Part shown: in pieces, positions 10,815-23,951 of the stretch
Layout of the letters: the number at the start of each line of letters is the position of its first letter
Position numbering within the stretch: position 1 is the stretch's first letter
Notes under the pieces: generated by a model
Told to the model about the DNA's origin: nothing
Databases searched by the model: none
What the model saw: only the letters and a program-made list of their open reading frames with translations
Assembly (NCBI GenBank): GCA_030390025.1
Contig: CM059432.1
Coordinates: forward strand, 118,050,001-118,114,000
Length of the DNA: 64,000 nt
Direction of reading: 5' to 3'
From: Squalus acanthias
Lineage: Eukaryota
Program-made: the position numbers and the translations under genes

Positions 10815-13225
10815 ACAACAACAACAACTTGCATTTATGTAGCGCATTTAGCGAAGTAAACCCTCCCACGGCGCTTTATAGAAGCATTATCAAACAAAAT
10901 TTGACACTGAGCCACATAAGGAGATATTAGGGCAGATGACCAAAAGTTTCGTCAAAGAGGTAGGGTTTAAGGAGCGTTTTAAAGGAGGAAAGAGAGGTAG
11001 CGAGGCAGAGAGGTTTAGGGAGGGAGTTCCAGAGCTTAGGCCCCAGGCAGCTGAGGATTTTAAAATCGAGGTGTTGATTAACCGGGAGCCAGTCTAGGTC
11101 AGCGAACACAGGGGTGATAGGTGTAAGGGGGCGTGTCTCAGACGGTGCTGGTGCGAGGTTAGGCCTTTGTTGCCTATACTATTGCTTGCTCTGGTCTCCG
11201 GCCAGCCTTTTTGCAATAAGCACCTGTGAGTGGTTCGACCCACTCGTCCTTACGGTTCTGATACCTGGACTTAGATGCAAGGAGCAGTAATGCAGAGAAA
11301 AACTCAAATAGACCCGATTGAATAGCACAAAATGAAAATCTTTATTGCATGGCGTCTAAAATCATGAAATACATGTCATAGGCGCAAATCAAAGAGAGTA
11401 CAAGTATACACACATTCATAAAGCTTGGTCTATGGAAATGGAGAACACACGGCACATCGTAAAAAGGGGAACACATTATACCTTAACCTTATTAAAAACC
11501 ACCCTCCCTTAACAATACCTAAACTACGTCTGGATTTGTAGGATCGGGAAACATGCTCACCATTCGGCTTACTTCGGAGATTTTAAAGTGAGGCACTCAG
11601 CTCGTTTCGCTGCAGCGCCTGACTGTCACGTGTTTGGAAAGGTTTCTGCACCCCACTTGTTTACTTTCGCTGCTGCGAAAAGCAGACCAGACTCCCTGTT
11701 GTCATGAAGCAATCGGTGGACTCAAACCGTCTTAAAATTCAAAGAAGAGTCTTCCTGTGTTACGGTACATGTAGAATTCGGTAGAACTCAAAGGAAAGTT
11801 CTTGTCGTTATATATTTTCGGGCGCGGTCGGGGTTTACTGACCGTGGCGGCACGTGGAATTTCTTCTCGTCTTCTTCTCTTCTCGTCTTCTCGGGCCTCC
11901 GGGTCCAGACACCGTTTACCGACACTCGGGATGGTGTACCCTGCTACTTGCCCTTGTCGGGGCGGCTCGTTCCGATTGAGCTCCACCCAACACTCGAATA
12001 ACCGACCAGTACGGCTAAGAGTCAAGAGTCAACAAAGTCCAGAGAGAAAATCAAGAGGCTGACCATCCTGGAAAGCGATACCAGAGAAATAAGAGAGCGA
12101 TGGACATTTGTTCTCTATAGTTATACGGTTGTGTCCCCTTTATCTCCCACTCAAATCTTAATGTTTAGCCTTTGTGTGTTTTTGGCGCTTAAAACGCCCA
12201 GCATGGGGCGATTATCTTCTTAACAGGGTTTCGGTAGCACCTGAAACTGGCCAACTATCCGTTAATGTCTTCCCCATTGTTGGACCAGCCAGGATGTGTA
12301 TGAATCGTCTCCTCGACTGGTTTTGGGGCCCCCCGAATACTGGCTTAATCACCCGTAAATGTCTCTCTCATTGTTGAGCCGGGGGGGTATTTGTGTATTG
12401 ATGTGTCTGGATGGGCCTTCGATTGCCCAGTTCAATGATCCTTACTGTGCGTAGGAAAATGATTCCAGCACTTATATCATTGCTATTGTTCACAATGCAA
12501 ACGGGTTGCATCCTGTCTTTATCAGTGTGTACCGAGTATGATCCAATCTCATACTGAAATGTATATTCGACGCCATCTTGTCTGCCCACTGTGTTTCTGG
12601 AAGCTTCTGCCATGATGCGCGGCAGCCATTTTACAGGCTTCTGTGTCCTTTATTATCAGGACAGCATTTTGTTTAATAAAACTGATCAAATGAATCTGCT
12701 TCTCTCATGTTATTTTGAATCGCGATAATTGCGAAACTCTACATGGGTGAACAGGACTTGGTGTGAGTTAGGACATGGGCAGCCGAGTATTGGGTGACCT
12801 CAAGTTTACGTAAGATAGAAAGTAGGAGGCCAGCCAGGAGTGCGTTGGAATAGTCAAGTCTAGAGGTCACAAATTCATGGATGAGGGTTTCAGCAGCAGA
12901 TAAGCTGAGGCAAGGGCAGAGACGGGCGATGTTACAGAGGTGGAAATAGGAGGTCTTAGTTATGCTGCGGATATGTGGTCAGAAGCTCAGTTAAGGGTCA
13001 ATTACGACACCAAGGTTGAGAACAGTCTGGTTCAGCCTCAGACAGATGTTAGGGAGAGGGATGGAGTTAGTGGCTAGGGAACGGAGTTTGTGGCGGGGAC
13101 CAAAAACAATGGATTCGGTCTTCCCAATATTTAGTTGGAGGAAATTTCCGCTCATCCAGTAATGGATGTCGGACAAGCAGTCAGTGGCGGGATCGAGAGA
13201 GGTGGTGGTGAGGTCGAGCTGAGTG
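10815..13225 (-). mobile_element. L2 LINE 3' portion, split by the solo LTR at 11122-12743
   Basis: DCLSDIHYWMSGNFLQLNIGKTE, LDWLPV..., GPKLWNSLP...SFKTLLK; 3' end with (GTT)n tail near 10815-10830. Confidence 0.85.
11122..12743 (-). mobile_element. Solo LTR (about 1.62 kb) of an unclassified LTR retrotransposon or ERV
   Basis: TGTA...TACA termini; 4-bp TSD TAGG/TGGG (1 mismatch); removing it restores the L2 sequence; minus-strand AATAAA at 11341-11346. Confidence 0.8.
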
Positions 13226-13261
13226 TCTTCCAAAATTCCCTCGATTCTTCCAAAATTCCCC

Positions 13262-14675
13262 AGATTGTAGAACGGTCCCAGTAGGTTGGAAGGTAGCAAA
13301 TGTAACCTCGCTATTCATGAGAGGAGGAAGAGAGAAAACAGTGAACTACAGGCCAGTTAGCCTGACATTAGTCGTCGGGAAAATGCTGGAATCCATTATT
13401 AAGGAAGTGGTAACAGGGCACTTAGAAAATCATAATGAGCCAGATTTTCCGACCCCCACGGGTGCGTACAAGGTATACCCATAGGGGCCTCACAAGTGCC
13501 CGTTTCAGGCATCCGCCTGCTCGGGAGAAGGGCCTCTGCGGGCAGGGAGTTCCACATTCTGCACAACTTCCGCCCGCTGAAAGCCTTTAAAAATCTTACG
13601 CCTGGTAAAAGCAGGCATAAGGCCTGCTTTTACCAGCATAAGAGTTTAAAAAAAAAACATTTTTCACTCATTTATTATTTTAAAATACTTTAAAAAAGGC
13701 AAGTTTATTTTTAGCCCTGTAAAAATCTTTAATTATTATTTTTTTAATTTTGTTTAAAATATTTAATTTAATGTCATTTTAACTAATTTTAAATACGTGA
13801 TTTAAAAAAATATATATTTAATGTTTAACTGTGTTTTTAAATGTGATCCCCATTCATACTTTTGACAGATCTGTGCATAGAGACCTGTCAAAAGTGTGAA
13901 GGGGTTTCCCTTCTTTGATTGGTTCCCCATGGCCCACATGATCCCAGGGATGCTTGCGAACCGCATGCGCCCCTGGGATACCTGGGCCTCTGCGAATTTC
14001 GTAGAGCAGAGGCCCAGGATCACAAGTCTGGGGACCTACGGAGCCAGCAGGTAAGTGCGTAGATTTTTTTCGATCGGAGTCATCCGCACGCAGGAAGCCT
14101 CTGATCGGAAATTCAGGGTCAATATGATTAGGCAGGGTCAACATGGTTTTATAAAAGGGAAATTGCGTTTAACAAATTTATTAGAGTTTTTTGGGGATAT
14201 ACAGTAACTAGCAGGGTAGATAAATGGGAACCAGTGGATGTAGTATATTTGGATTTCCAAAAAGCATTCGATAAGGTGCCACATAAAAAGTTGTTATGCA
14301 AGATGAGGGCTCATAGGGTTTGGGGTAATACATTAGCATGGATAGAGGATTGGTTAACGGACAGTGAACAGAGAGTAGGGATAAACAGGTCATTTTCCAC
14401 TTGGCAGGCTGTAACTAGTGGGTACCGCAAGGATTAATGCTTGGACCTCAGCTATTTACAATCTACATTAATGACTTCGATGAAGGGACTGAGTGTAATG
14501 TATCCAAGTTTGCGAGCGATACAAAGCTAGGTGGGACAGTAAGCTGCGAGGAGAACACAAAGAGCCTGAAAAGGGATATAGACAGGTTAAGTGAGTGGGC
14601 AATAAGGTGTCAGATGGAGTATAATGTGGAGAAAGGTGAGGTTATTCACTTTGGTAGAAAGAATAGAAAAACAAA
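13262..14675 (+). mobile_element. CR1 RT fragment split by the MITE at 13437-14120
   Basis: NYRPVSLT..VGKMLESIIK, VVYLDFQKAFDKVPH, LGPQLFTIYIND. Confidence 0.88.
13437..14120. mobile_element. Harbinger-type MITE (related to 2416-3179)
   Basis: Imperfect TIRs GAGCCAGATTTTCCGA / TCGGAAATTCAGGGTC; TSD AAT; removing it restores CR1 GAAAATCATAATATGATTAGG. Confidence 0.85.
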
Positions 14676-14677
14676 AT

Positions 14678-16425
14678 GGACTAGAAATTGGATATGGCCA
14701 CAAAACAGGCAGTGTTAAGGCTCAACTATGTTAAGCTGCGCTAGGTAGCACGCAAAATTCCTGCTCAGTCCTCATTAACTTGATTGTAGTCTTGATCTCA
14801 GTGCTAAAACAGCTGCTCATTGGCTTACCACTCAACAGGTGGGCCAACATCGGGTCCAGTCTAATTCCCAGTCATGTTTGGCACAGGCTTTATTCAGTAC
14901 TTAAAGAGAGGTACATTGATGCTATAGCACCTCATTGTCAAGCCACTTACAACTTCAGCTGGAAGAAGACAGCAGTGGGAACACATGGCAGAGCCTAAGC
15001 ACAGGGAGAGAGCCCAGAGATTCTCAGACATGGCTCTTGAGGCACTGGTCATGGCTGGGGAGAGGAGGCATGCTGTCCTCTTCCCACACACTGGCAGGAA
15101 GCCCTCGTCACACACCCCTCGAAGGCTCTGGCAGGAGATAGCCGGCTATGTGACGACCAGCACTATGGTCCTCAGGTCGGCCATCCAGTGCTGAAAAAAG
15201 TTTAATGACCTCACACGGCAGGCCAAGGTGAGTGAAGGCTTCAACAAATGCCATATCCCACCATCTGCACCACAAGCCTCACACACTGCTCAATGCACCA
15301 CACCCCCAGCACTCACCTACCAACAATCTCTAGCAATCACCAACCACACCTCACAATCAGAGCTTCACTGCACCCTCACAACCTTACCACTGCTGTAACA
15401 CTCACACCCACATCTCACACCTTGCACATACTGACAGCTATTCAACAATGGCAGGCACATCACCCAAACACATTGCACCACACTCACTCACACACTTCTC
15501 TTTCTCTTGCAGGCCAAGGTCACGCATAATCGGAGAGAGCAGCGGCAGGCAGCAGGCCTGGGGAAAGCTGCCATCCAGGACCTCAGCCATCTGGAAGAGA
15601 GAGTTCTGGAGCTCTTTGGGCAGCAGATAATGGAGGCCGTGGCAACCGGTGAGGTTGAAGCCCTTGGGGACAACAACAGTATTCTCATTCCTAATCCTAC
15701 TTCTCACATCCCAATTCCCCCTCATCCCACAATCTCTTCTCACTTTCAAGCTGCTGATGCTGTATGCATGGGTATCTTGCTTCCCCCCCCCACCCCGCGA
15801 CCTCTCACCATAACTGACTCTTGTGCCTTTCTGCTTTCAGCTAATCAAGACCAAGCACCCGAGCAGCCTGTCTCCGAGGCGATGCAGGGGAGCGAGGGGG
15901 GAGAAGAAGAAGAAGACACAGCATCACTGCATCTGTCACTCACAGGCACCAGCTTAGAAACTGGCACTATACGTACTTTAGAGGCTAGTGTAGAAGCGGG
16001 ATCTGCACAGGGTGAGGCACCGGGCTCTGGACTGGCAGGAAGCCCTTGGCACACATATCTTGAAAGCTTTGGCAGGAGATAGGGTAGCTCGGGTGCCAGC
16101 TCCCCAGAGGGTGAGTTTGCGCGCTATTTCTGCTGCACAGGACATAGATGAGGACCTCGATGGGTCGGCCTTCAGAAGAAGGGTGATGGACATGCACACC
16201 AAATTGCTATGTGCAATGGCAAGCCTACCAGAGAGCCTCTTGGCAATGTCAAGGAGCATGGAGGAGTCCAACTCCAATATTGCATGGGGTGTTGCGCAGA
16301 TCTCGGAGTCCAGGATTTACAGGCTGGACAACTCCAGTGGACCGTGCCGACACAGACATGATGCTGCTGTGTGATGGGTGATGTCGCAGCTGCCATTGCA
16401 GCACAGGCGGAAGCGACCCAACGTC
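14678..16425 (+). mobile_element. Truncated Harbinger carrying a decayed three-exon Myb/SANT-like gene (exons about 14988-15227, from 15513, from 15841)
   Basis: Terminus GGACTAGAAATTG; RAQRFSDMALEALV...LWQEIA...QC*KKFNDL; AG|GTGAGT donor and TTGCAG/TTTCAG acceptors; paralogous to 26055-27910. Confidence 0.82.
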
Positions 16426-16444
16426 TTATGTTCTTATGTTCTTA

Positions 16445-16770
16445 TGTCATCAGCGTACATGTGGAACCTGATGCTGTGTTTTTGGACAATATCGCCAAGG
16501 GGCAGAAAATAGATGAGAAATAGAAGGGGGCCAAGGGTAGATTGTTGGGGGACACCAGTGGTAACAGTGTGGGAGTGGGAAGAGAAGCCATTGCAGGTGA
16601 TTCTCTGGCTACAATTGGATAGGTAAGAATGGAACAAGGTGAATGCAGTCCCATCCAGTTGGACGGCAGTGGAGGGCGTTGGAGGAGCATGGTGTGATCT
16701 ACAGTATCAAAGGCTGCAGACAGGTCGAGAAGGACAAGGAAGAATAGATTGCCACTGTCTCACTCACATA
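16445..16770 (-). mobile_element. L2 RT fragment
   Basis: GVPQQSTLGPLLFLIY...FHMYADD. Confidence 0.8.
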
Positions 16771-16777
16771 GGATAGG

Positions 16778-19170
16778 AACATAAGAACATATGAATCAGG
16801 AGCACGAGTAGGCCATATGACCCCTCGAGCCTGCTCTGCTCTTCAATAAGAATATGGCTGATCTTTGACCTCAACTCCACTTTCCCGCCCAACCCACATA
16901 TCCTCTGACTCCCCTAGAGTCCAAAAATCTATCTATCTCAGCCTTGAATACACTCAACGATTCAGCATCCATGGCCCTTTGGGGTAGAGAACTCCAAAGA
17001 TTCACAAACCTCTGAGTGAAGAAATTCCTCCTCACCTCAGTCTTAAATGGCCGACCCCTTATCCTGAGACTATGCCCCCTAGTCCGAGACTCTACAGCCA
17101 TTGGAAACAACCTCTCAGCTTCTACATTGTAAATCCCCCTCAGATTCTTCTATGTTTCAATGAGATCACCTCTCATTCTTCTAAACTCCAGAGAATATTG
17201 GCCCAATCTGCTCAATCTCTTCTCATAGGACAATCCTCTCATCATAGGAATCAATCTAGTGAACTTTTGTTGTACTTCCTCAGATAAGGAGTCCAAAACT
17301 GTGCACAGTACTCCAGGTGTGGTCTCACCAAAGACCTGTACAATTGTAGCAAGACTTCCTTACTCTTGTAATCCAACCCCCTTGCAATAAAGGCCAATTT
17401 GCCTTCCTAATTGCTTGCTGTACCTGCATGCTAACTCTCTGTGTTTCCTGTACAAGGACAACTAAGTATTTCACTCTCAAACTCAATGTGAAATTCTATC
17501 ATATTATGATCACTCTTCCCCAGAGGATTTTTTACTATGAGATTACTAATTAACCCTGTTTTATTACACAATACAAGATCTAAAATAGCCTGTTCCCTGG
17601 TTGATTCCATGACATATTGTTCTAGGAAACTGTCTTGAATGCATTCCATGAACTCGTCCTCCAGACTACCTTTGCCAATTTGATTTGCCCAGTCTATATG
17701 AAGATTAAAGTCCCCCACAATGATTGCATTACCTTTGTTACAATCTCCTATTATTTCTTGATTAATACTCTGTCCAATGGTATAGTTACTGTTAGGGGGC
17801 CCATAAACTACTCCCACCAGTGTTTTATGCCCCTTGTTATTTCTTATCTTCACCCAGGATTCTACTTCCTGATCTTCCGAGCCAAGATCCTTTCTCACTA
17901 CTGTCCTTTTGTCATCCTTTATTAGCAGGGCTACACCCCTCCTTTTCAATTCTGCCTGTCTTTGCAAAGCATCAGGTACCCTGGAATATTTGATTCTCAA
18001 GCTTGGTCACGTTGCAACCACTTCTCTGTAATGGCTATTAGATCAAACCCATTTATCTCTATTTGTGCCACTAATTCATCTCTCTTGTTATGAATGCTTT
18101 GTGCATTCAGATAAAGAGCCTTTAATTTTAATGTTTTACCATTATTGCCTGCTTTCACCTTATTCGCTGTTGCACTATTACCATTAAACTCTCTGTCCCT
18201 TTCTGTCACACTCTGCTTATCTTTACCCAAATCGCTACACTGCTCCATTGCCTTGACTTTTCTCTTTAGATTTCTAAATTTCCCATCACCTGACACCTCC
18301 CCTGCTTTTAGTTTAAAGCCCTATGTACAGCTCTGGTTATTCGATTCACCGGGACACTGTTCCAACGGAATAGCTCCCTCTTTCCCCAGTACTGGTGCCA
18401 GTGCCCCATGAATCGAAACCCCTTCCTCCCACACCACTCCTTGAGCCACGCATTTAGCATTCTGATCTGCTTGTCCCTATGCCAATTTGCGCATGGCTCA
18501 GGTAACAATCCAGAGATTATTACCTGTGAGGTTCTGCTTTTTAATTTGGACCTTAGCTCCTCAAACTCCCTCAGCAGAACTTCATTCCTAGTACTACCTA
18601 TGTCATTGGTTCTTACGTGGACCATGACAACTGGACCCTCCCCTTCCCACTCCAAGTTCTTCTCCAGTTGTGAGGAGATATCCTTAAACCTGACACCGGG
18701 CTAGCAGCACAGCCTTCAGATCTCCCGGTCATGGCTGCAGAGAACAGCATCTAACCCCTGACCATACTGTCCACTACCACTACAATATTCCTTTTCACTC
18801 CCCCCACTTGAATGGCCTCCTGTACCATGGTGCTGTGGTCAGTTTGCTCATCCACCCTGCAGACTTTGCCCTCATCCACACAGGTAGCAAGAACCTCATA
18901 CCTGTTGGATAAGGGCGAAGGCCGAGGCTCCTCCAGCACTGCACCTGGGGTCCCCTCCTGTCCCTGACCACTAACCAGACCCGTACCACTATCTAACCTA
19001 AGGGGTGTGACTGCCTCCTGGATCAAAGTGTTCAGGTAACTCTCCCCCTCCCTGATGCCCCGCAATGTCTGCATCTCGGACTCCAGATCAACAACTCTGA
19101 GCTGAAGTTCCTTGAGATGCAGACACTTACTGCAGATGTGGTCATTCCGGATCGCAATGCTCTCCACAAA
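16778..19170 (-). mobile_element. Decayed, internally deleted CR1 (ORF1 zinc-finger/esterase, ORF2 endonuclease, RT C-terminus, 3' UTR)
   Basis: HICSKCLHLKELQLRV, HVRTNDIG, ...RALN*, LYLNAQSI, VGDFN, KSDHN, ESRTRGHSLRIRG; TTCTTATG tail. Confidence 0.88.
18308..18317 (-). other. Candidate -1 ribosomal frameshift site (T_TTA_AAC then TAA) of the decayed CR1
   Basis: ORF1 ends gcT TTA AAC TAA; the -1 frame TTT AAA CTA AAA GCA GGG GAG GTG TCA... is open into the ORF2 frame (17997..18296). Confidence 0.6.
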
Positions 19171-19689
19171 CTGTCATTTGTGTCATTGATGAGAGCCGTT
19201 TCGGTACTGTGGCATGGGCGGAAACCTGATTGGGGGGATTCAAACTTTGATTTCCGGGAAAGATGGGCACAGATTTGGGAGGTGACAACATGTTGAAGGG
19301 CTTTGGAGAGGAAAGAGAGAAAACTCCTTTCATGCAGAGTAAAAAGGACAGCAGCAGCCTGAAAATAGCGTAAGGTCACTTACCGCCCTGTTTACGCCGG
19401 CGCTCCAGCTGCCATCATCTTGGGTAAGGTCTTGGGATGTGAAGCTGAAGCGTTCAACTGTTTCAGGTGGGGAGCTACTTGTAATATGCAAATCATGGTC
19501 CCATGACGTACAATTGCAATGACGAGTTACAAATGGGTGGGACGTGCACCACCAAATGGCCTAGGAAATGTTTTGGTGCGGCCAGGAGGAAACCACTGCC
19601 AGCTTGTCTGAGACCTGCCCTGGGATCACCTCCCCACCCCAGGCTCAACCTGCGAATTGGTCCAGTGTGGGAACTGACCCTATTTTTTC

Positions 19690-20150
19690 TTGGGATGTGG
19701 GCCTCTCTGGCAAGGCCAGCATTTATTGCCCATCCTTAATTGCCCTTGAGAAGGTGGTGGTGGTGAGCCACCTCCTTGAACCGCTGCAGTCCGTGTTGGT
19801 GAAGGACTTATTATAGTTTCTTGTAGCATTTTGATACAGCTGAGTGTCTTGCTAGGCCTTTTCAGAGGGCAGTTAAGAGTCAACCACATTGCCGTGGGTC
19901 TGGAGTCATATTAAGGCCAAACCAGGGTAAGGACGGCAGATTTCCTTCCTTAAAGGACATTAGTGAACCAGATGGGTTTTTACGATAATTTCATGGTCAC
20001 CATTACTGATACTAGCTTTTTATTCCAGATTTATTTAATTAACTGAATTTAAATTCCCCAGCTGCCGTGGTGGGATTGAACTCATGTCTCCAGATCATTA
20101 GTCCAGGCCTCTGGATTACTCATCCAGTCATAAAACCACTATGCTACTGT
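19690..20150 (-). mobile_element. tRNA-derived SINE with the 3' tail of the RTEX-like LINE
   Basis: Minus-strand A box TAGCATAGTGG and B box GAGTTCAATCC; tail GCAGCGGTTCAAG...GGGCAATTAAGGATGGGCAATAAATGCTGG shared with 39700-39790. Confidence 0.8.
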
Positions 20151-21341
20151 ACCGTACCCTAAGTGATTTACAGGCCTGACATGAAACTCAACCTTGGAGG
20201 CCCAGAAAGACAACAAATGAAGCTGCTGAATCTCACAGGTTGAATTGTTTTTGAAGTTTTTTTAAATTTGCCTTGGCAGTATTTTTGTGCCAGTCTTGCC
20301 ATTAAGTGTCGGAAAGGCAATAATTTTGGGGTACAGCATATGAGTAAGAATGCTTGTACATTGCGCACACCTACCCTGCCATTCACTCATTGCTGGAGCA
20401 GGGCATCTCGCGGCATGCACCGTTCATTAGACTTTTTACTGCACCCTTCAACTCGAATATAATTTGTGCCGTAACTTGCTGGAAGTGCGAGCTGATAACG
20501 GCGCAGCGAGGGCAACAGCGCATCTGGAACCTTGATGAATGACGAGACCAACAGCGTATCTCCTTAATCAATGAAATTTAAGGATTCAGAAAGAAAAAGA
20601 GGAACAATGGAGAAGGAACTTGGGTGAATTAGTGTCAAATCAGGTGCAGAAAGAGAAATAAAGAGAGAGAAAGAAAGAATGGGTTAAGAGAGCAAAAAGA
20701 GACAAAGGAAAAGTAAGAAAATATTTAAAAATTAAAAAATTGAAATTTTTACAATCTCGAAGAAGAATTTACTACATGCAGGAATGAGACTCAAAAGTTT
20801 CAATTGTTCCCTTTCTGGGCTGAAGAGATTGGCTGGAATTTTCCTTACATTGGCGGGTCTATTGTGGTCGGTGTCCGTGGCGGGTCGCGAGCCCACTGCT
20901 GGCTCCATCCCACTGTAGAAAATGAACTTACCTTAATAGGGCCTATTAGGCCTGCCCAGCATATTACCCGGCCCAATTAGATGCAGTGGGTCTGGTGACA
21001 TCATTCATGACGTGTTTTAAGCTGAGATCCTTCAAGGGGCCCTGGCCACATTAAATTTTAAGTTTAATCTAACATAGTGGGTGTTGAATCTTTACTGTAC
21101 AATAATATAATAAAAGTTATATATGAGTGACAAAGAAATATTTAAATAATATTATCATTAACTAATATGATGCCATCTACAAATACGATCAAGAAAATAA
21201 TTAAAATAGTACATTAATTGGGAAGATATTGGAGCTTTAGTCACAAATCTATAGACTTTTGTATCAGTAACTGGTACAAATAAAAGATGTGTGTGTATAG
21301 GTAATACATAAACTTAAGCAGATTTTAAATGTAATTGTAAA

Positions 21342-21499
21342 GGGGTGGATTTACAATCGTATGCAAGTTCAGCGGAAGAGCTGCGGAATCCCTAACAAAC
21401 AGTGTAAGTGGTGCTTACAATGTGTTTCTGGGATTTCTGCAGCTCTTCTGTTGAAGTTAACAATGGACAAGTGAAAGAACCTCTGCAGAAATTCACCCT
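21342..21499. mobile_element. Miniature palindromic Harbinger-type MITE
   Basis: GGGGTGGATTT / AAATTCACCCT termini; TSD AAA; long internal inverted repeat. Confidence 0.7.
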
Positions 21500-21729
21500 A
21501 AAGTCTCAGACTGAAAAATTAAATTAGTCATATTCAGGGACTGAAAGCAAATTGAACCCATGGAATGAGTAATGAGGATGAAATTGTTACAGTTGATGAC
21601 CTGATTTAATGTGTAACTGGACAATCACAGTATACTGTGAGAAAAACCTGACCAGAAACAACACAAAACTTTATTTAAATGGTGTATGTCATTTTTTATA
21701 GTGCAGATCAATTCACTGCAATTACTGCA

Positions 21730-23647
21730 AACTGCCGGCGTGACATCGGCCGTCTCCATTTCTCTGCTCCCCTCACTCACTCCAACCTACCTCCCTCTGA
21801 ACTTGCAGCACTCCATTCTCTCAGATCCAACCCCGACATTGTCGTTAAACCTGCTGACAAGGGTGGTGCTGCTGTTGTTAGGCGAACCGACCTCTACCTA
21901 GTGGAAGTTGAAAACCAACTCTCCGACACCACCTCCTACCTTCGCCTGGACAATGACCCCACCACCAAACATCAAGCCACCATTTCCAAGACTGTCACTG
22001 ACCTCATCTCCTCTGGAGATCTTCCCCCCACGGCCGCCAACCTCATAGTTCCCCAACCCCACACAGTCCGCTTCTACCTCCTTCCCAAGATCCACAAACA
22101 GGACTGCCCTGGTAGATCCATTATTTCAGCCTGTTCTTGCCCCACGGAACTTATCTCCTCCTATCTTGACTCTATTTTTGCTCCCCTTGTCCAGTCTCTT
22201 CCCACCTACATCCGCGACTCTGCCGACGCCCTCCGCCATTTTAACAGTTTCCAGTTTCCTGACCCCAACCGCCTCCTTTTCACTATGGACGTACAATCCC
22301 TCTACACCTCCATCCCCCACCATGATGGCCTGAGGGCGCTCCGCTTCTTCTTTGAACAGAGGCCCAACCAGTCCCCATCCGCCACCACCCTCCTCCACCT
22401 GGCTGAACTTGTTCTCACATTGAACAACTTCTCCTTTGACTGCACTCACTTCCTCCAAATCAAAGGTGTTGCTATGGGTACCCGCATGGATCCTAGCTAT
22501 GCCTGCCTTTTCGTGGGATATGTGGAACACTCTTTGTTCCAGTCCTACTCAAGTCCCCTCCCTCACCTATTTTCCGATACATTGATGACTGTATCGGTGC
22601 TGTTTCCTACTCTCGCCCTGAACTAGATAATTTCATTCACTTTGCTTCCGATTTCCACACTTCCCTCACCTTCACATGGTCCATCTCCGACTCTTCCCTT
22701 CCCTTCCTCAACTTTTCCATCTCCATCTCTGGGGATAAGTTATTCACAAACATTCACTACAAGCCAACTGACTCCCACAGCTACCTGGACTATACTTCCT
22801 CCCACCCCGCCTCCTGTAAGGACTCTATTCCATTCTCCCAGTTTCTCTGTCTCTGCCGCTTCTGCTCTGACGGTGCCACCTTCCATACCAGTGCTTCTGA
22901 CATGTCTTCCTTTTTCCTCAACCGAGGATTCCCCTCTACAGTGGTTGACACGGCCCTTGACCGTGTCCGTTCTATCTCCCGCACTTCTGCCCTCACCCCT
23001 GCCCCTCCCTCCCGGAACCACGACAGAGTTCCCCTTGTCCTCACCTTTCACCCCACCAGCCTTCACATTCAACGGATCATCCTCCACCATTTCCACCACC
23101 TCCAGCATGATCCCACCACAAAACACATCTTCCCCTCACCTCCCCTTTCAGCATTCCGTAGGGACCGCTCCCTCCGCGACACCCTAGTCCACTCCTCTAT
23201 CACCCCAACAAACCCTTCCCCTTCGCCCGGCACCTTCCCGTGCAAGCGCAGGAGATGCAACACATGCCCTTATACCTCCCCCCTTCCCACTGTCCAGGGC
23301 CCCAAACACCCCTTCCAGGTGAAACAGCGATTTACTTGTACTTCTTGCAATTTAGTATACTGTATTTGCTGCTCACGATGTGGTCTCCTCTACATTGGGG
23401 AGACCAAACGCAGATTGGGTGACTGCTTTGCGGAACACCTCCATTCAGTCGTAAGGGGGACCCCGAGCTTCCGGTCGCTTGTCACTTTAATTCTTCGCAC
23501 CACTCCCACTCAGACCGCACCATCCTCGGCCTCTTGCATTGTTCCACGGAAGCTCAGCGTAAGCTCGAGGAACAGCACCATATCTTTCGATTAGGCACTT
23601 TACAGCCTTCTGGACTCAACATAGAGTTCAACAATTTCAGATCATAA
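21730..23647 (+). pseudogene. Penelope-like RT/GIY-YIG endonuclease ORF, frameshifted near 22570 and 23450
   Basis: ORFs 21679..22626 and 22902..23594 join through one frameshift; the C-terminus ...GLNIEFNNFRS* is in a third frame. Confidence 0.88.
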
Positions 23648-23951
23648 CCTCGGCCCCTATCATTTATATATATTTTTTATCCACACTCTTTGTCTTTTTT
23701 TTTCTTCTCCCCCACATGGCAGCTGTCTTTCATTCTGCCAGCACAATTTACACTTCATCTAGAGCCATCCTTTGTTTCTTAACCTGTCCCATTACCATCT
23801 CCTTTTGCCTTGAATATCTCTTAATGTGTCTTAATCTCTTCCACCTTCTATCCTATCACAGACCTTCCCTTTTGTTCTTTCATCCCCTCCCCCCTTTCCC
23901 AGCCTCTACACTTGCTTAAAAATCTGTTCCATTTCCTGCTTTTTTCCAGTT

